From positions 6,423-70,422 of the forward strand of contig JAFTZI010000027.1 in assembly GCA_017461055.1 (NCBI GenBank): 64,000 bases of DNA, given 5' to 3'. Position numbers and translations under genes: made by a program. The notes beneath the pieces were generated by a model that saw only the letters and a program-made list of their open reading frames with translations, did no database searches and was not told the origin of the DNA. Shown here piece by piece: positions 8,866-18,620 of the stretch; within the stretch, counting starts at the first letter, position 1; every line of letters starts with the position of its first letter. The stretch is from Clostridia bacterium (GTDB lineage: Bacteria; Bacillota; Clostridia; Oscillospirales; CAG-272).

Positions 8866-10143
8866 TTATTTATCAAAACGAATTGTTGCGCTTTTTGCGT
8901 GGGCGTGAAGTCCTTCCTTTTCTGCAAATTCGGCTATCTTATCGTACACCTTAGAAAGCGCGTCCCTTGTGTAATAGGTAAACTGTGACTTTTTAACGAA
9001 GTCGTCAACTGACAAGGGTGAAGAAAACCTTGCACTGCCGCTTGTTGGCAATGTGTGGTTTGGTCCCGCAAAATAGTCTCCTAATGCCTCGGGGCAATAT
9101 TTACCCATAAAGATTGAGCCTGCGTGCTTGATTTTATCAAGATAATCGAAGGGATTATCAACACAAATTTCAAGGTGCTCTGGAGCTATTTCATTTGCTA
9201 TATCTATTGCAAGCATTAAATTGTTTTCCGCAACTATGATTTTACCGTTATTATCAATAGATGCTCTTGCAATTTCCTCTCTTGGCAGAAGCGGGATTTG
9301 TCTTTCAAGCTCACTGCTTACCGCATTTGCAAATTCCATTGTGTCTGTTACCAAAACCGCGCTTGCCATTTTGTCGTGCTCTGCCTGCGAAAGAAGGTCA
9401 GCAGCTACATACACGGGATTACAGGTGGAGTCTGCAACTACCAAAATTTCGCTTGGTCCTGCAATCATATCAATGGAGACCTTGCCAAATACCTGCTTTT
9501 TTGCTTCTGCAACGAAGGCATTGCCCGGTCCCACTATTTTATCAACATTAGGAATACTCTCAGTACCGTATGCAAGGGCAGCTATTGCCTGTGCGCCGCC
9601 TACCTTGAATATTCTTGTTACTCCTGCGATTTTTGCCGCTGCTAAAATGTTGGGGTTAACAGAACCGTCCTTAGAAGGCGGTGTTACCATTACTATTTCC
9701 TTACAGCCTGCGATTTTTGCAGGAATACTGTCCATCAAAACTGTTGAAGGGTATGCGGCTGTGCCACCGGGTACGTAAAGACCTACCTTTTCAATAGGTG
9801 TTACTTTTTGTCCTGTTACAACTCCGTCCTTTTCGCTGATAATGAAGCTGTTTCTTACCTGCTTTTCGTGGAAGGCTTTTATATTCTCTGCCGCTTCCTT
9901 AACTATTTCTATAAAGCTGTTGTCGGCAAGCTCAAATGCCTTGTTTATTTCCTCTTCGCTTACCTCAAGGGTGGATAGCTTAACACGGTCAAACCTTTCA
10001 CAATATTCAAAAAGTGCTTTGTCACCGTTTTTCTTTACATTTTCAATTATGTCGGTAACGATACCCTCCACACCGCTATCAATGTTATCACGAGCAAAAA
10101 TCTCGCTGTTTGCTACCTCACCGTATTTATAAATCTTAATCAT
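8866..10143 (-). CDS. hisD: Histidinol dehydrogenase
   Basis: GPGNAFVAEAK, SQAEHD and GPNHTLPT.G.ARF motifs. Confidence 0.95.
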   Translation of the reverse strand: MIKIYKYGEVANSEIFARDNIDSGVEGIVTDIIENVKKNGDKALFEYCERFDRVKLSTLEVSEEEINKAFELADNSFIEIVKEAAENIKAFHEKQVRNSFIISEKDGVVTGQKVTPIEKVGLYVPGGTAAYPSTVLMDSIPAKIAGCKEIVMVTPPSKDGSVNPNILAAAKIAGVTRIFKVGGAQAIAALAYGTESIPNVDKIVGPGNAFVAEAKKQVFGKVSIDMIAGPSEILVVADSTCNPVYVAADLLSQAEHDKMASAVLVTDTMEFANAVSSELERQIPLLPREEIARASIDNNGKIIVAENNLMLAIDIANEIAPEHLEICVDNPFDYLDKIKHAGSIFMGKYCPEALGDYFAGPNHTLPTSGSARFSSPLSVDDFVKKSQFTYYTRDALSKVYDKIAEFAEKEGLHAHAKSATIRFDK

Positions 10144-10765
10144 TTAATTCTACCTGCTCTTTTAAGCCTTGAGCTATTTTTTCTATTTCCTCAGTTTTAA
10201 ATTTGAAGCTTGATTTATTTACTATCAAGCGAGCTGAAATGGGTACAATTGTTTCAATTACCTCTAAGTCATTTTCCTTTAAGGTTGTACCTGTTTCAAC
10301 TATATCGACGATTACGTCGGACAAGTCCAAAATAGGAGCTAATTCTATTGAGCCATTCAGCTTAATAATATCAATATTACGACATTTTGACGCGTAATGC
10401 TTTTTTGCAATATTAGCAAACTTTGTAGCTACCCTTAAGGTCTTTTCCGTATTGTCGTAAAAATCCTTTTTAGATGCAACCGCCATACGGCATTTGCCCA
10501 TATTCAAATCAAGAATTTCGTATATATCCGGCTCATACTCCAAAAGAATATCCTTGCCGCAAACTCCTATATCGGCAGCGCCTCTTTCAACATATATTGA
10601 TACGTCAGATGGCTTTACCCAGAAATAGCGAACATTTTTCTCCCTGTTTTCAAATATAAGCTTTCTGTTGTTTTCCAAAATGGATGGACACTCGTAGCCT
10701 GCCTCTGCAAACATTTTATAAACCTTTTCCCCTAAGCGTCCCTTTGGGAGTGCTACATTTATCAT
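10136..10765 (-). CDS. hisG: ATP phosphoribosyltransferase, short form
   Basis: LPKGRL start and the VDIVETGTTLKEN block. At 209 aa it is a short form, consistent with a need for HisZ. Confidence 0.9.
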   Translation of the reverse strand: MINVALPKGRLGEKVYKMFAEAGYECPSILENNRKLIFENREKNVRYFWVKPSDVSIYVERGAADIGVCGKDILLEYEPDIYEILDLNMGKCRMAVASKKDFYDNTEKTLRVATKFANIAKKHYASKCRNIDIIKLNGSIELAPILDLSDVIVDIVETGTTLKENDLEVIETIVPISARLIVNKSSFKFKTEEIEKIAQGLKEQVELND

Positions 10766-11868
10766 TATTTTGCCTCCCCTCTGATATCTACAATTTCCTT
10801 GTATCTGAGCTTTGTGGGAACTGACTTTTGTGCTGACACTCTTTTACCGTTTTGTAAATATTCCTTCACACAAGAGTCCAGCTGAGCTATGCTGACAGCC
10901 TCATCATAAAGAATCAGTGTGTCAACGTCATATTCGGTAAAGTCCTTATATATTCCCTCTAAAAGATCAAGGTATAGGGCAAAGCCTATTCCGCTCGAGC
11001 TTTTGTTCATTTTCTTGAGCATTTTATCGTATCTGCCGCCGAAAAGAATGGTTTCGCAAATACCCTCAATAAAGCCGTTAAATACAATGCCATTATAGTA
11101 ATTCATATCGTTAACAATTGAAAAGTCAATGCGCACGTTGTTTTTATAGTCTGTGCCATCAAGCAGGTCCATTATGGATTTTAACTCGTTTACCGCATTT
11201 GTAAAGCTGTCGTCAACATTATATGAATAGAGCTTTTCCAAAACGTCGTCTGCCTTACCGTAAATAGACACAAAGTTACAAAGGCGAGCTGCTTTATCCT
11301 CTGATACGCCATACTTTTCGCAAAGGCTTTTGATTTCGTGAGAGTTTTTCTGCTTAATACACTCCATAACTGCGCCTTGAAATTCCTCATTCTTATCGGT
11401 ATTGTCAAGCAAGGAGCTTAAAATACCAAGGTGCGACAATTCCAAAACGTAGCTATTTGAAATTTCAGCCAGGCTTGCGCATGCAAGCGAAACTACCTCA
11501 AAGGTATCGTACAGGTCAATGTCTCCTATGCATTCAAGACCTGTTTGCATAAGCTCCTTGAACTGCCTTGTGCTGCCTGAAACTCTATATACATTTTCGT
11601 TATAGTAAAGCTTTTGCTTAACTCCTTTTTCGTCCTGACAGTTTTTAATAATTGACAGGGTAACATCGGGCTTTAAAGCCAAAAGCTTGCCGTTTGTATC
11701 GTTAAAGGTAATAACACTATCACTTACTAAAAACTCCTTGTTTTTAACGTATAGCTCATATTCCTCAAACTTACTCATATTAAATGGGAGATAGCCATAT
11801 CTTCCATAAAGAGAACGAAGGGCATATATAACCCTTTCCTCGTTCTTTAAATATCTTTCGTCTATCAC
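10765..11868 (-). CDS. hisZ: ATP phosphoribosyltransferase regulatory subunit (HisRS paralogue)
   Basis: Class-II aaRS-like core without an anticodon-binding domain, directly upstream of the short hisG. GTG start 3 nt after the preceding stop, with an AAGGAAG RBS. Confidence 0.85.
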   Translation of the reverse strand: MIDERYLKNEERVIYALRSLYGRYGYLPFNMSKFEEYELYVKNKEFLVSDSVITFNDTNGKLLALKPDVTLSIIKNCQDEKGVKQKLYYNENVYRVSGSTRQFKELMQTGLECIGDIDLYDTFEVVSLACASLAEISNSYVLELSHLGILSSLLDNTDKNEEFQGAVMECIKQKNSHEIKSLCEKYGVSEDKAARLCNFVSIYGKADDVLEKLYSYNVDDSFTNAVNELKSIMDLLDGTDYKNNVRIDFSIVNDMNYYNGIVFNGFIEGICETILFGGRYDKMLKKMNKSSSGIGFALYLDLLEGIYKDFTEYDVDTLILYDEAVSIAQLDSCVKEYLQNGKRVSAQKSVPTKLRYKEIVDIRGEAK

Positions 11869-11871
11869 GTC

Positions 11872-12165
11872 TTAGTCTTCCTTTTTCGCCAATCTTTCAA
11901 GTATCATTGCATAACCGCCGTTACCGTACTCAAGACATCTGTTAACACGGCTGATTGTGGCTGTACTCATACCTGTTTCCTTACTGATAACAGCATAGTT
12001 AACACCGTCGGTTAACATTTCTGCTGCCTTTAATCTTTGCGCTATTTCCAAAACCTCTTTAATTGTGCAGGCATCCTCAAAAAACTTATAGCACTCGTCT
12101 ACAGATTTTAATGACAAAATTGCCTCAAATAAAGTATCTACCTCTTTTGTGTGTAACTTATTCAT
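11872..12165 (-). CDS. TrpR-like YerC/YecD-family DNA-binding protein, first gene of the his operon (candidate histidine repressor)
   Basis: 97 aa with the TrpR-family HTH (AQRLKAAEML..G..Y..ISKETGMSTATISRVNR). The next gene starts 3 nt downstream, so the two are co-transcribed. Confidence 0.75.
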   Translation of the reverse strand: MNKLHTKEVDTLFEAILSLKSVDECYKFFEDACTIKEVLEIAQRLKAAEMLTDGVNYAVISKETGMSTATISRVNRCLEYGNGGYAMILERLAKKED

Positions 12166-12205
12166 TTCAACCTCGCTTTAGTGTTGTAAAGTACTAATAT
12201 GCTAA

Positions 12206-12234
12206 ATTATACTACATAGCACTCGATTTGTCAA
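12206..12234 (-). promoter_or_regulatory. his operon promoter, perfect consensus TTGACA-17-TATAAT
   Basis: On the minus strand: TTGACA (12234-12229), a 17-nt spacer, TATAAT (12211-12206). It lies about 40 nt upstream of the yerC-like ATG. Confidence 0.6.
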
Positions 12235-12245
12235 TAGTATTTTAT

Positions 12246-12264
12246 ACTAAAAGTTCACTTTAGT
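12246..12264. promoter_or_regulatory. Inverted repeat ACTAAA-N7-TTTAGT upstream of the his promoter (candidate operator)
   Basis: 6-bp perfect arms. A further TTTAGT half-site and a CTTTA-N6-TAAAG repeat lie at 12176-12191, between the -10 box and the RBS. Confidence 0.35.
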
Positions 12265-12317
12265 CAAGTAAAATATTATAATATTATAAGAATAATAGAC
12301 AAAATTTTGTTTAACGA

Positions 12318-12358
12318 CAAAAAATAAGAGATTTCACCGTCATCAGCAAAATCTCTTA
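12318..12358 (-). terminator. Rho-independent terminator ending the ilv-leu supraoperon
   Basis: On the minus strand: AAGAGATTT-loop-AAATCTCTT followed by ATTTTTTG. Confidence 0.75.
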
Positions 12359-12371
12359 CTATGATATTCAG

Positions 12372-12869
12372 TTATTTGATAAGCCCTATTCCGTACTCCA
12401 AGACACTCATTGTTATCATTTTCTCTACCTTATATTGAACATAGCCATTTGTTGCAATAAAGTAGGTTCTTGGAATTGATGTCAGGTTATAGAAATAGCT
12501 TCCTTCACCGTTTACATCAAAATAGCAAGGGAAGGTGTAGCTGTTTTCGCTTAAATAGGCTTTTGCTTTTTCTACGGTTTCGTCCCCGTCGGTTAAGTCT
12601 ACAATGACAAAATTGATTTCCTTTCCGTACTTTTCATATGCTTCTTGAAAATCGGGAAGCTCTGCTCGGCAGGGCGGACACCAGGTTGCCCAAAAGTTTA
12701 AAACTATGGGTTTATCTATTAAATCACTCAGCTTAATGCTGTTGCCGTCATAATCCTGCATTGTAAAATCGTAAGCGGGTAAAAGTCCTTTTTCTTGTTC
12801 ACTTTGACTGTTTCCGCAGCTAATTAGCAACAAGCTAATGGAAATTAACAAAATAATAAGCTTTTTCAT
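12372..12869 (-). CDS. TlpA/ResA-like thiol-disulfide oxidoreductase lipoprotein
   Basis: Signal peptide with lipobox (LLIS-C) and a thioredoxin fold with active site WATWCPPC. It starts 5 nt after the ridA stop. Confidence 0.8.
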   Translation of the reverse strand: MKKLIILLISISLLLISCGNSQSEQEKGLLPAYDFTMQDYDGNSIKLSDLIDKPIVLNFWATWCPPCRAELPDFQEAYEKYGKEINFVIVDLTDGDETVEKAKAYLSENSYTFPCYFDVNGEGSYFYNLTSIPRTYFIATNGYVQYKVEKMITMSVLEYGIGLIK

Positions 12870-12874
12870 ATTGC

Positions 12875-13249
12875 TTATATTTCTGCTATTACCTCAACCT
12901 CCACAAGAGCGCCCTTGGGCAAATCCTTAACTGCAACGCAGCTTCTTGCAGGCTTTTCGGTAAAATACTTAGCATACACCTCATTAAATGCGCCAAAATC
13001 GCTGATATCAGCAAGGAAGCAGGTAGTCTTGATTGCTTTTTCAAAGCTTGAGCCAGCCTCTTTAAGAACTGCTCCTAAATTCTTCATAACCTGCTCAGTT
13101 TGCTCTGTAATTGTTTGAGCCTCGATATTACCTGTTTCGGGATTAATCGGAATTTGACCTGAGGTAAATAGCATATTACCAAACACAATTGCCTGTGAAT
13201 ACGGTCCTATTGCGCTTGGTGCTTTATCTGTTGCGATTTTCTTTAACAT
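12875..13249 (-). CDS. ridA: RidA (YjgF/YER057c/UK114) family enamine/imine deaminase
   Basis: 124 aa with APSAIGPYSQA, GQIP..P.TG and a C-terminal VEVE motif. It lies immediately downstream of ilvA. Confidence 0.85.
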   Translation of the reverse strand: MLKKIATDKAPSAIGPYSQAIVFGNMLFTSGQIPINPETGNIEAQTITEQTEQVMKNLGAVLKEAGSSFEKAIKTTCFLADISDFGAFNEVYAKYFTEKPARSCVAVKDLPKGALVEVEVIAEI

Positions 13250-13259
13250 AATATTCTCC

Positions 13260-14453
13260 TTATATAAGCTTAAAGCCGAAATCAGTTAAGCCCTTTTTGA
13301 TTTCTGCAATATGCTCAAAGTTTCTTGTTTCCATTACTATTCTTAAGTAGCAGCCGTTAACATCGGAGCCCTCGTTTGCTCTTTCGTGGTGAACAGAGGT
13401 TACATTACCGCCAAGGTCGGCTATAATTCTTGATACATTCTTTAACTGACCCGGCTTATCTGCAAGCTCAACAGTCAACTGTGCTGTTCTGCCTGACATT
13501 AAAAGTCCGCGCTTAATTACTCTTGAAAGAATAGTTACGTCAATATTACCGCCTGAGAGCAAGCAAACAACCTTTTTGCCCTTTATGTCAACCTTATTGA
13601 ACATTGCCGCTGCAACCGCAGTTGCACCCGCGCCCTCTGTGACAAGCTTTTGCTGCTCCATAAGAGCAAGGATTGCTGCTGAAATTTCATCATCTGTAAC
13701 TGTTACTATTTCGTCAACGTACTTTTGGCAAAGCTCATATGTAAGATCACCGGGCTTTTTAACTGCAATACCGTCTGCAATCGTGGAAACGCTTGGCAGA
13801 GTGATAATTTCACCGTTATCAATTGATTTTTGCATTGACGGCGCTCCGCTTGCCTGTACACCGTAAACCTTGATTTGAGGGTTGAGCATTTTAATAGTAT
13901 AAGCAACACCGGAGATAAGTCCTCCGCCGCCGATTGGCACAATAACTGCATCCATATCGGCTATTTGCTCCATTAATTCAAGAGCGATTGTGCCTTGACC
14001 CGCAATTACATCGGGGTCATTAAACGGGTGAATGAAGGAATAGCCACATTCATCTCTTAGCTGTAAAGCCTTATTATAGGCATCGTCATACACGCCCTCA
14101 ACCAAGCAAACCTCTGCGCCATAGCTTTTTGTCGCTTCGATTTTTGAAATAGGGGCTCCGTCGGGCAAGCAAATCACTGCTTTAATTCCGTTTTTCTGAG
14201 CGGCTAAGGCTACGCCCTGTGCGTGATTTCCCGCAGAACAGGCTATAACACCCTTTGCTTTTTCTTCTTCTGTCAGGGTGGTCATTTTGTAATACGAGCC
14301 GCGAATTTTAAATGAGCCTGTAATTTGCAAGTTTTCAGTTTTTAAGTAAATATCCGCCTCGCTATTCAGCTTTGGCGCACGAATAACGTCAGTTTTGCGA
14401 ATTACGCCCTTTAGCGCATAGCTTGCGCGATATACATTGTCAAGTGTTAACAT
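13260..14453 (-). CDS. ilvA: Threonine ammonia-lyase (threonine dehydratase)
   Basis: PLP-lysine motif TGSFKIRG, GGGGLISG loop and a C-terminal ACT-like domain. I moved the start to the ATG at 14453 (RBS GGGGGAAA), which removes the overlap in the ORF track. Confidence 0.85.
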   Translation of the reverse strand: MLTLDNVYRASYALKGVIRKTDVIRAPKLNSEADIYLKTENLQITGSFKIRGSYYKMTTLTEEEKAKGVIACSAGNHAQGVALAAQKNGIKAVICLPDGAPISKIEATKSYGAEVCLVEGVYDDAYNKALQLRDECGYSFIHPFNDPDVIAGQGTIALELMEQIADMDAVIVPIGGGGLISGVAYTIKMLNPQIKVYGVQASGAPSMQKSIDNGEIITLPSVSTIADGIAVKKPGDLTYELCQKYVDEIVTVTDDEISAAILALMEQQKLVTEGAGATAVAAAMFNKVDIKGKKVVCLLSGGNIDVTILSRVIKRGLLMSGRTAQLTVELADKPGQLKNVSRIIADLGGNVTSVHHERANEGSDVNGCYLRIVMETRNFEHIAEIKKGLTDFGFKLI

Positions 14454-14466
14454 ATTTCCCCCTATT

Positions 14467-15642
14467 TTAGAGTAAGCTGTTAATAAATTGCTCTGCACAG
14501 CGTGCTGAGCGATAGCCCCTATTCAGTGCAAATGCCTCAGCCTTAATTTCAAGCTCCTCCTTGTCCATTGTTACACCGTTTCTTTGTGCAAGCTCGTGGA
14601 CAATTTCAAGATAAAGCTTCTTTTCAGGCTTAGCAAAGCGAATAGTTAAGCCGAATCTTTCAGACAGTGACAGGGTTTCCTGTACTGTATCGTTTCTGTG
14701 AATGTCGCCGCCCTCCCTGTCACTAAAGCTTTCCTTGATTATGTGACGACGGTTGCTTGTAGCGTAAATTACCGCATTTTTAGCCTTAGCGCTGGCAGAG
14801 CCCTCTAAGGTTGCCTTAAGCATACTAAAGTTATCGTCGTTTTGATTAAAGGAAAGGTCGTCGATAAATATTATAAATTTAAGTGGGTTTTTGCTGATTT
14901 CAGCCATTACCTTGGGTAAAAGGAGAAGCTGAGTTTTTCTGATTTCAACTAAGCGAAGTCCCTCATCAAAGAAATGGTTTGCCACTGCCTTTACGGTTGA
15001 GGACTTGCCTGTTCCCGCATCACCGTACAAAAGTATGTTTGCGCTTGGCTTACCCTTAAGGAAGGAAACGGTATTATTAATTACCTTTTCTCTTTCCTCA
15101 CGGTAGCCGATAAAGTCCTTTATTGTAGCTTCATCAGCTGTTGCCACAGGAACAATTGCTCCTGTGTCTGTAACTGAGAACATACAGTTGGCCGTAAATA
15201 TGCCATAGCCATATTTTTCTATGCTTTCAAGTCTTGTGTTGTACTCGCTGTAAAGGTCAATCGGGTAGCTATCAAAGGATGGCAAAGTACCGTCATAGCC
15301 CATATCATTTGCAAAGTCCTCCTTGGTAAGCGCTGCAAATTCAGAAAGGACATCAAGCTCGTATTTTACAGCATTTTTGATGTTTTCATTGATTGGCTTT
15401 TTTGCGCTTACAGCCTTTACATACACATTTGCATCCTCAAAGGCTATTCTTTTTACGTAGGCTGTCAAGTCTGCTCCGTGTGTGTACAGGTTAGACACAA
15501 GCTCACCGTATTTTTTTATTTTTTCGTCCCTTGCGCTTTCCTTTACATATTCACGGAATTTTTTAAACAGGGTTTTGTTAAAAGCTCCGTTAAATACAGA
15601 AAATGTGCATAGACGTGTGTATAATTCACTTATTTTTGACAT
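14467..15642 (-). CDS. AAA-type ATPase of the DUF815/COG2607 family, function unknown
   Basis: Walker A (GDAGTGKSS) and Walker B (FIIFIDDLSF). It is tightly packed between leuB (6-nt gap) and ilvA (13-nt gap). Confidence 0.7.
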   Translation of the reverse strand: MSKISELYTRLCTFSVFNGAFNKTLFKKFREYVKESARDEKIKKYGELVSNLYTHGADLTAYVKRIAFEDANVYVKAVSAKKPINENIKNAVKYELDVLSEFAALTKEDFANDMGYDGTLPSFDSYPIDLYSEYNTRLESIEKYGYGIFTANCMFSVTDTGAIVPVATADEATIKDFIGYREEREKVINNTVSFLKGKPSANILLYGDAGTGKSSTVKAVANHFFDEGLRLVEIRKTQLLLLPKVMAEISKNPLKFIIFIDDLSFNQNDDNFSMLKATLEGSASAKAKNAVIYATSNRRHIIKESFSDREGGDIHRNDTVQETLSLSERFGLTIRFAKPEKKLYLEIVHELAQRNGVTMDKEELEIKAEAFALNRGYRSARCAEQFINSLL

Positions 15643-15648
15643 TTTAAA

Positions 15649-16716
15649 TTAAAGATTTTCTATGATTTTATCTGTTATTTCTGTGGTTGAAAGTGATGGC
15701 GCGCCGTGTGCAAGATCCGCTGTTCTAAAGCCTGAGTCAAGCACCTTATTTACTGCATTTACGATTGCTTCGCTTTCCTTTACCAAATCAAAGGAGTAAA
15801 GAAGCATCATAGCACAAGAAAGAATTGTTGCAATTGGGTTAGCTATATTCTTTCCAGCAATATCGGGAGCGGAGCCGTGAATTGGCTCATATAAGCCTCT
15901 CTTGGTGTTGCCTAAGGATGCTGATGGGAGCATACCGATAGAGCCTGTAATTTGAGATGCTTCATCTGAAAGAATATCGCCAAACATATTTGTTGTTACA
16001 ATTACATCAAACTGTGCGGGATTTCTTACAAGCTGCATTGCCGCATTATCAACAAGCATATCGCTAACCTCTACCTCAGGGTACATAGGTGCCATTTCGT
16101 GCACTATCTTTCTCCATAAGCGTGAGGAATCAAGCACGTTTGCCTTATCAATGCTTACAAGCCTTTTATTTCTCTTCATTGCAGTTTCAAAGGCAACCTT
16201 GCAAATTCTTTCTATCTCCATACGGGAATAGCATTCTGTATCGTATGCCTCTTCACCGTACTTACCTTCTCTCATTCCTCTTTCGCCGAAATAAATACCG
16301 CCTGTCAGCTCACGTACAATCATAATATCAAAGCCGTTTGCAACGATATCCTCACGGAGCGGACAATCTCCCTTTAATGCAGGGTAAAGCTTTGCGGGAC
16401 GAAGATTGGTAAAAAGCTCCATTGCAGATCGAATGCCGAGAAGAGCCTTTTCGGGACGCATATTACCCGGAAGTGTGTCCCACTTTGGTCCGCCTACTGC
16501 GCCGAGCAGCACGCTGTCGGAATTAAGACAGCCCTCAACTGTTTCCTTTGGCAGCGGCTCGCCTGTTGCGTCGATAGCGCATCCGCCGATTAAATATGGG
16601 GTAAAATTAAACACGTGTCCGTACTTTTTACCGATTACCTCTAAAACTCTTACTGCACTGTCAACTATTTCAGGGCCAATTCCGTCGCCCTTTAATAACG
16701 CTATATTGTAATTCAT
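15649..16716 (-). CDS. leuB: 3-isopropylmalate dehydrogenase
   Basis: Isocitrate/IPM dehydrogenase family ([21 protein letters not shown]), in leuCD context. Confidence 0.95.
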   Translation of the reverse strand: MNYNIALLKGDGIGPEIVDSAVRVLEVIGKKYGHVFNFTPYLIGGCAIDATGEPLPKETVEGCLNSDSVLLGAVGGPKWDTLPGNMRPEKALLGIRSAMELFTNLRPAKLYPALKGDCPLREDIVANGFDIMIVRELTGGIYFGERGMREGKYGEEAYDTECYSRMEIERICKVAFETAMKRNKRLVSIDKANVLDSSRLWRKIVHEMAPMYPEVEVSDMLVDNAAMQLVRNPAQFDVIVTTNMFGDILSDEASQITGSIGMLPSASLGNTKRGLYEPIHGSAPDIAGKNIANPIATILSCAMMLLYSFDLVKESEAIVNAVNKVLDSGFRTADLAHGAPSLSTTEITDKIIENL

Positions 16717-16717
16717 A

Positions 16718-17212
16718 TTAATTCAATTCTCCCTTTTTTATGGTTTCAATCAGTCCACCATTTTGAATTATTTTTTGAATAAATTCAGGGAATGGCTGAG
16801 TTTTGAAGCTTTTACCTGTTGTGCGATTATAGATTATACCGTTGTCAAGGTCTGCCTCTACCTTGTCTCCGTCGCTGATGTTTGCAACTGCCTCGGGGCA
16901 TTCAAGAATTGCAAGACCGATATTGATTGAGTTACGGTAAAAAATTCTTGCAAAGGTATTTGCTATTACCAAGGAAATACCGCTGGCTTTTATGGCAATC
17001 GGCGCGTGCTCTCTTGATGAGCCACAGCCGAAGTTGCCGCCTGCGACCATAATATCTCCCTTTTCTACCTTTTTTGTAAAGTCCTTATCCAAGTCCTCCA
17101 TACAGTGTGAGGCAAGCTCACTATGGTCGCTTGTATTAAGATATCTTGCCGGGATAATTACGTCTGTATCTACATTATCACCATATTTTATTACTTTTCC
17201 TGTATATACCAT
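16718..17212 (-). CDS. leuD: 3-isopropylmalate dehydratase small subunit
   Basis: Aconitase swivel domain with [10 protein letters not shown]. Confidence 0.95.
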   Translation of the reverse strand: MVYTGKVIKYGDNVDTDVIIPARYLNTSDHSELASHCMEDLDKDFTKKVEKGDIMVAGGNFGCGSSREHAPIAIKASGISLVIANTFARIFYRNSINIGLAILECPEAVANISDGDKVEADLDNGIIYNRTTGKSFKTQPFPEFIQKIIQNGGLIETIKKGELN

Positions 17213-17229
17213 TTCATAATTCTCCCTTC

Positions 17230-18489
17230 TTATATTTTTGCAGGGTCTGCGATTTTGCCTGCAATAGCGCTTGCAGCGGCTACTGCCGGAGAAGCCAAGT
17301 AAACCTCTGATGTTACATCACCCATACGGCCTACAAAGTTACGGTTTGTGGTGGCAACTGCTCTTTCACCTGCTGCTAAAATACCCATATAACCGCCTAA
17401 GCATGGACCACAGGTTGGCGTGGAAACGACGCATCCTGCCTCGATAAATATTTTAACAAGACCGTTTTCAACTGCCTTTAAGTAAATATCCTGTGTTGCG
17501 GGAATTATGATTGCACGAACATTTTTAGCAACCTTTCTTCCCTTCAATATCATAGCTGCCTCTTCTATGTCCTTATACTGACCGTTTGTACAGGAGCCGA
17601 TTACTACCTGGTCGATTACAACATCCCCAATTTCATCAAAGGTTTTTGTATTTTCAGGTAGGTGTGGGAATGCAACTGTTGATTTAATTTGAGATAAATC
17701 AATTTCATATACTTCATCATATACTGCGTCCTCATCAGCCTTGTAGGACACGATTTCACGGTCGCTTCTTTCCTTTATGTAAGCGATAGTTTGCTCATCA
17801 ACCTCAAAAATACCGTTTTTAGCGCCTGCCTCAATTGCCATATTGCAAATTGTAAGACGGTCAAAGATTGTAAGAGATGAAACTCCCTCGCCAACAAATT
17901 CCATTGACTTATAAAGAGCACCGTCAACACCGATTTTACCGATGATGTGAAGAATAACATCCTTACCCGAAACGTACTTATTAAGCTTGCCCTTAAGAAC
18001 AAATTTGATAGCAGACGGTACCTTGAACCATGCCTTGCCTGTTGCCATACCGCAGGCCATATCTGTTGAGCCGACGCCTGTGGAAAATGCGCCCAATGCA
18101 CCGTATGTGCAGGTATGAGAGTCAGCACCTATTACAACGTCGCCGCTTACAACCAAGCCCTTTTCGGGAAGGAGCGCATGCTCAATGCCCATTCTTCCAA
18201 CGTCATAGAAGTTTGTAATTTCTTTTTCGTTACAGAAGTCACGGCACATTTTGCATTGCACTGCCGCCTTAATATCCTTATTTGGTGCAAAATGGTCCAT
18301 TACCATTGTAACCTTTTCTTTGTCATAAACCTGATTCACACCGATTTTATTAAATTCCTTAATAGCGACAGGAGAGGTAATATCATTACCCAAAACTCGA
18401 TCAAGGCTAACAAGAATAAGCTGTCCTGCCTCTACCCTATCAAGTCCTGCGTGCGCTGCTAAGATTTTTTGAGTCATTGTCATTGACAT
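17230..18489 (-). CDS. leuC: 3-isopropylmalate dehydratase large subunit
   Basis: Aconitase-family Fe-S ligands (GADSHT, GSCTNG, CGPCLG). Start set at ATG 18489 (RBS AAGGAAAA) rather than the upstream ORF-track start. Confidence 0.95.
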   Translation of the reverse strand: MSMTMTQKILAAHAGLDRVEAGQLILVSLDRVLGNDITSPVAIKEFNKIGVNQVYDKEKVTMVMDHFAPNKDIKAAVQCKMCRDFCNEKEITNFYDVGRMGIEHALLPEKGLVVSGDVVIGADSHTCTYGALGAFSTGVGSTDMACGMATGKAWFKVPSAIKFVLKGKLNKYVSGKDVILHIIGKIGVDGALYKSMEFVGEGVSSLTIFDRLTICNMAIEAGAKNGIFEVDEQTIAYIKERSDREIVSYKADEDAVYDEVYEIDLSQIKSTVAFPHLPENTKTFDEIGDVVIDQVVIGSCTNGQYKDIEEAAMILKGRKVAKNVRAIIIPATQDIYLKAVENGLVKIFIEAGCVVSTPTCGPCLGGYMGILAAGERAVATTNRNFVGRMGDVTSEVYLASPAVAAASAIAGKIADPAKI

Positions 18490-18567
18490 AATATATTTTC
18501 CTTTCACTTTGAAATCTCTAACCAAAGCCCACAACTGTTTTTATGGACTTGGGTTAACAATCCCTCA

Positions 18568-18606
18568 GTCAGCATAGCTGACAGCTCCCTTTTTCACAAG
18601 GGAGCT
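18568..18606 (-). promoter_or_regulatory. Tandem intercistronic stem-loops between ilvD and leuC (no U-tract)
   Basis: AGCTCCCTT-loop-AAGGGAGCT (9 bp) directly followed by GTCAGC-tat-GCTGAC (6 bp). Confidence 0.4.
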
Positions 18607-18620
18607 ATCCTTGCTTGCTT

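Noticed and set aside
9221-10132. Several long + strand ORFs (185, 96, 115 and 96 aa) lying antisense to hisD, with similar antisense ORFs inside ilvD, ilvC, ilvB, leuC and the aconitase gene
   Set aside because: These are shadow ORFs opposite strongly conserved genes. Their translations are low-complexity (Ser/Ala/Leu/Pro-rich) with no recognisable motifs and no RBS. The conserved protein on the other strand fully explains the open frames.
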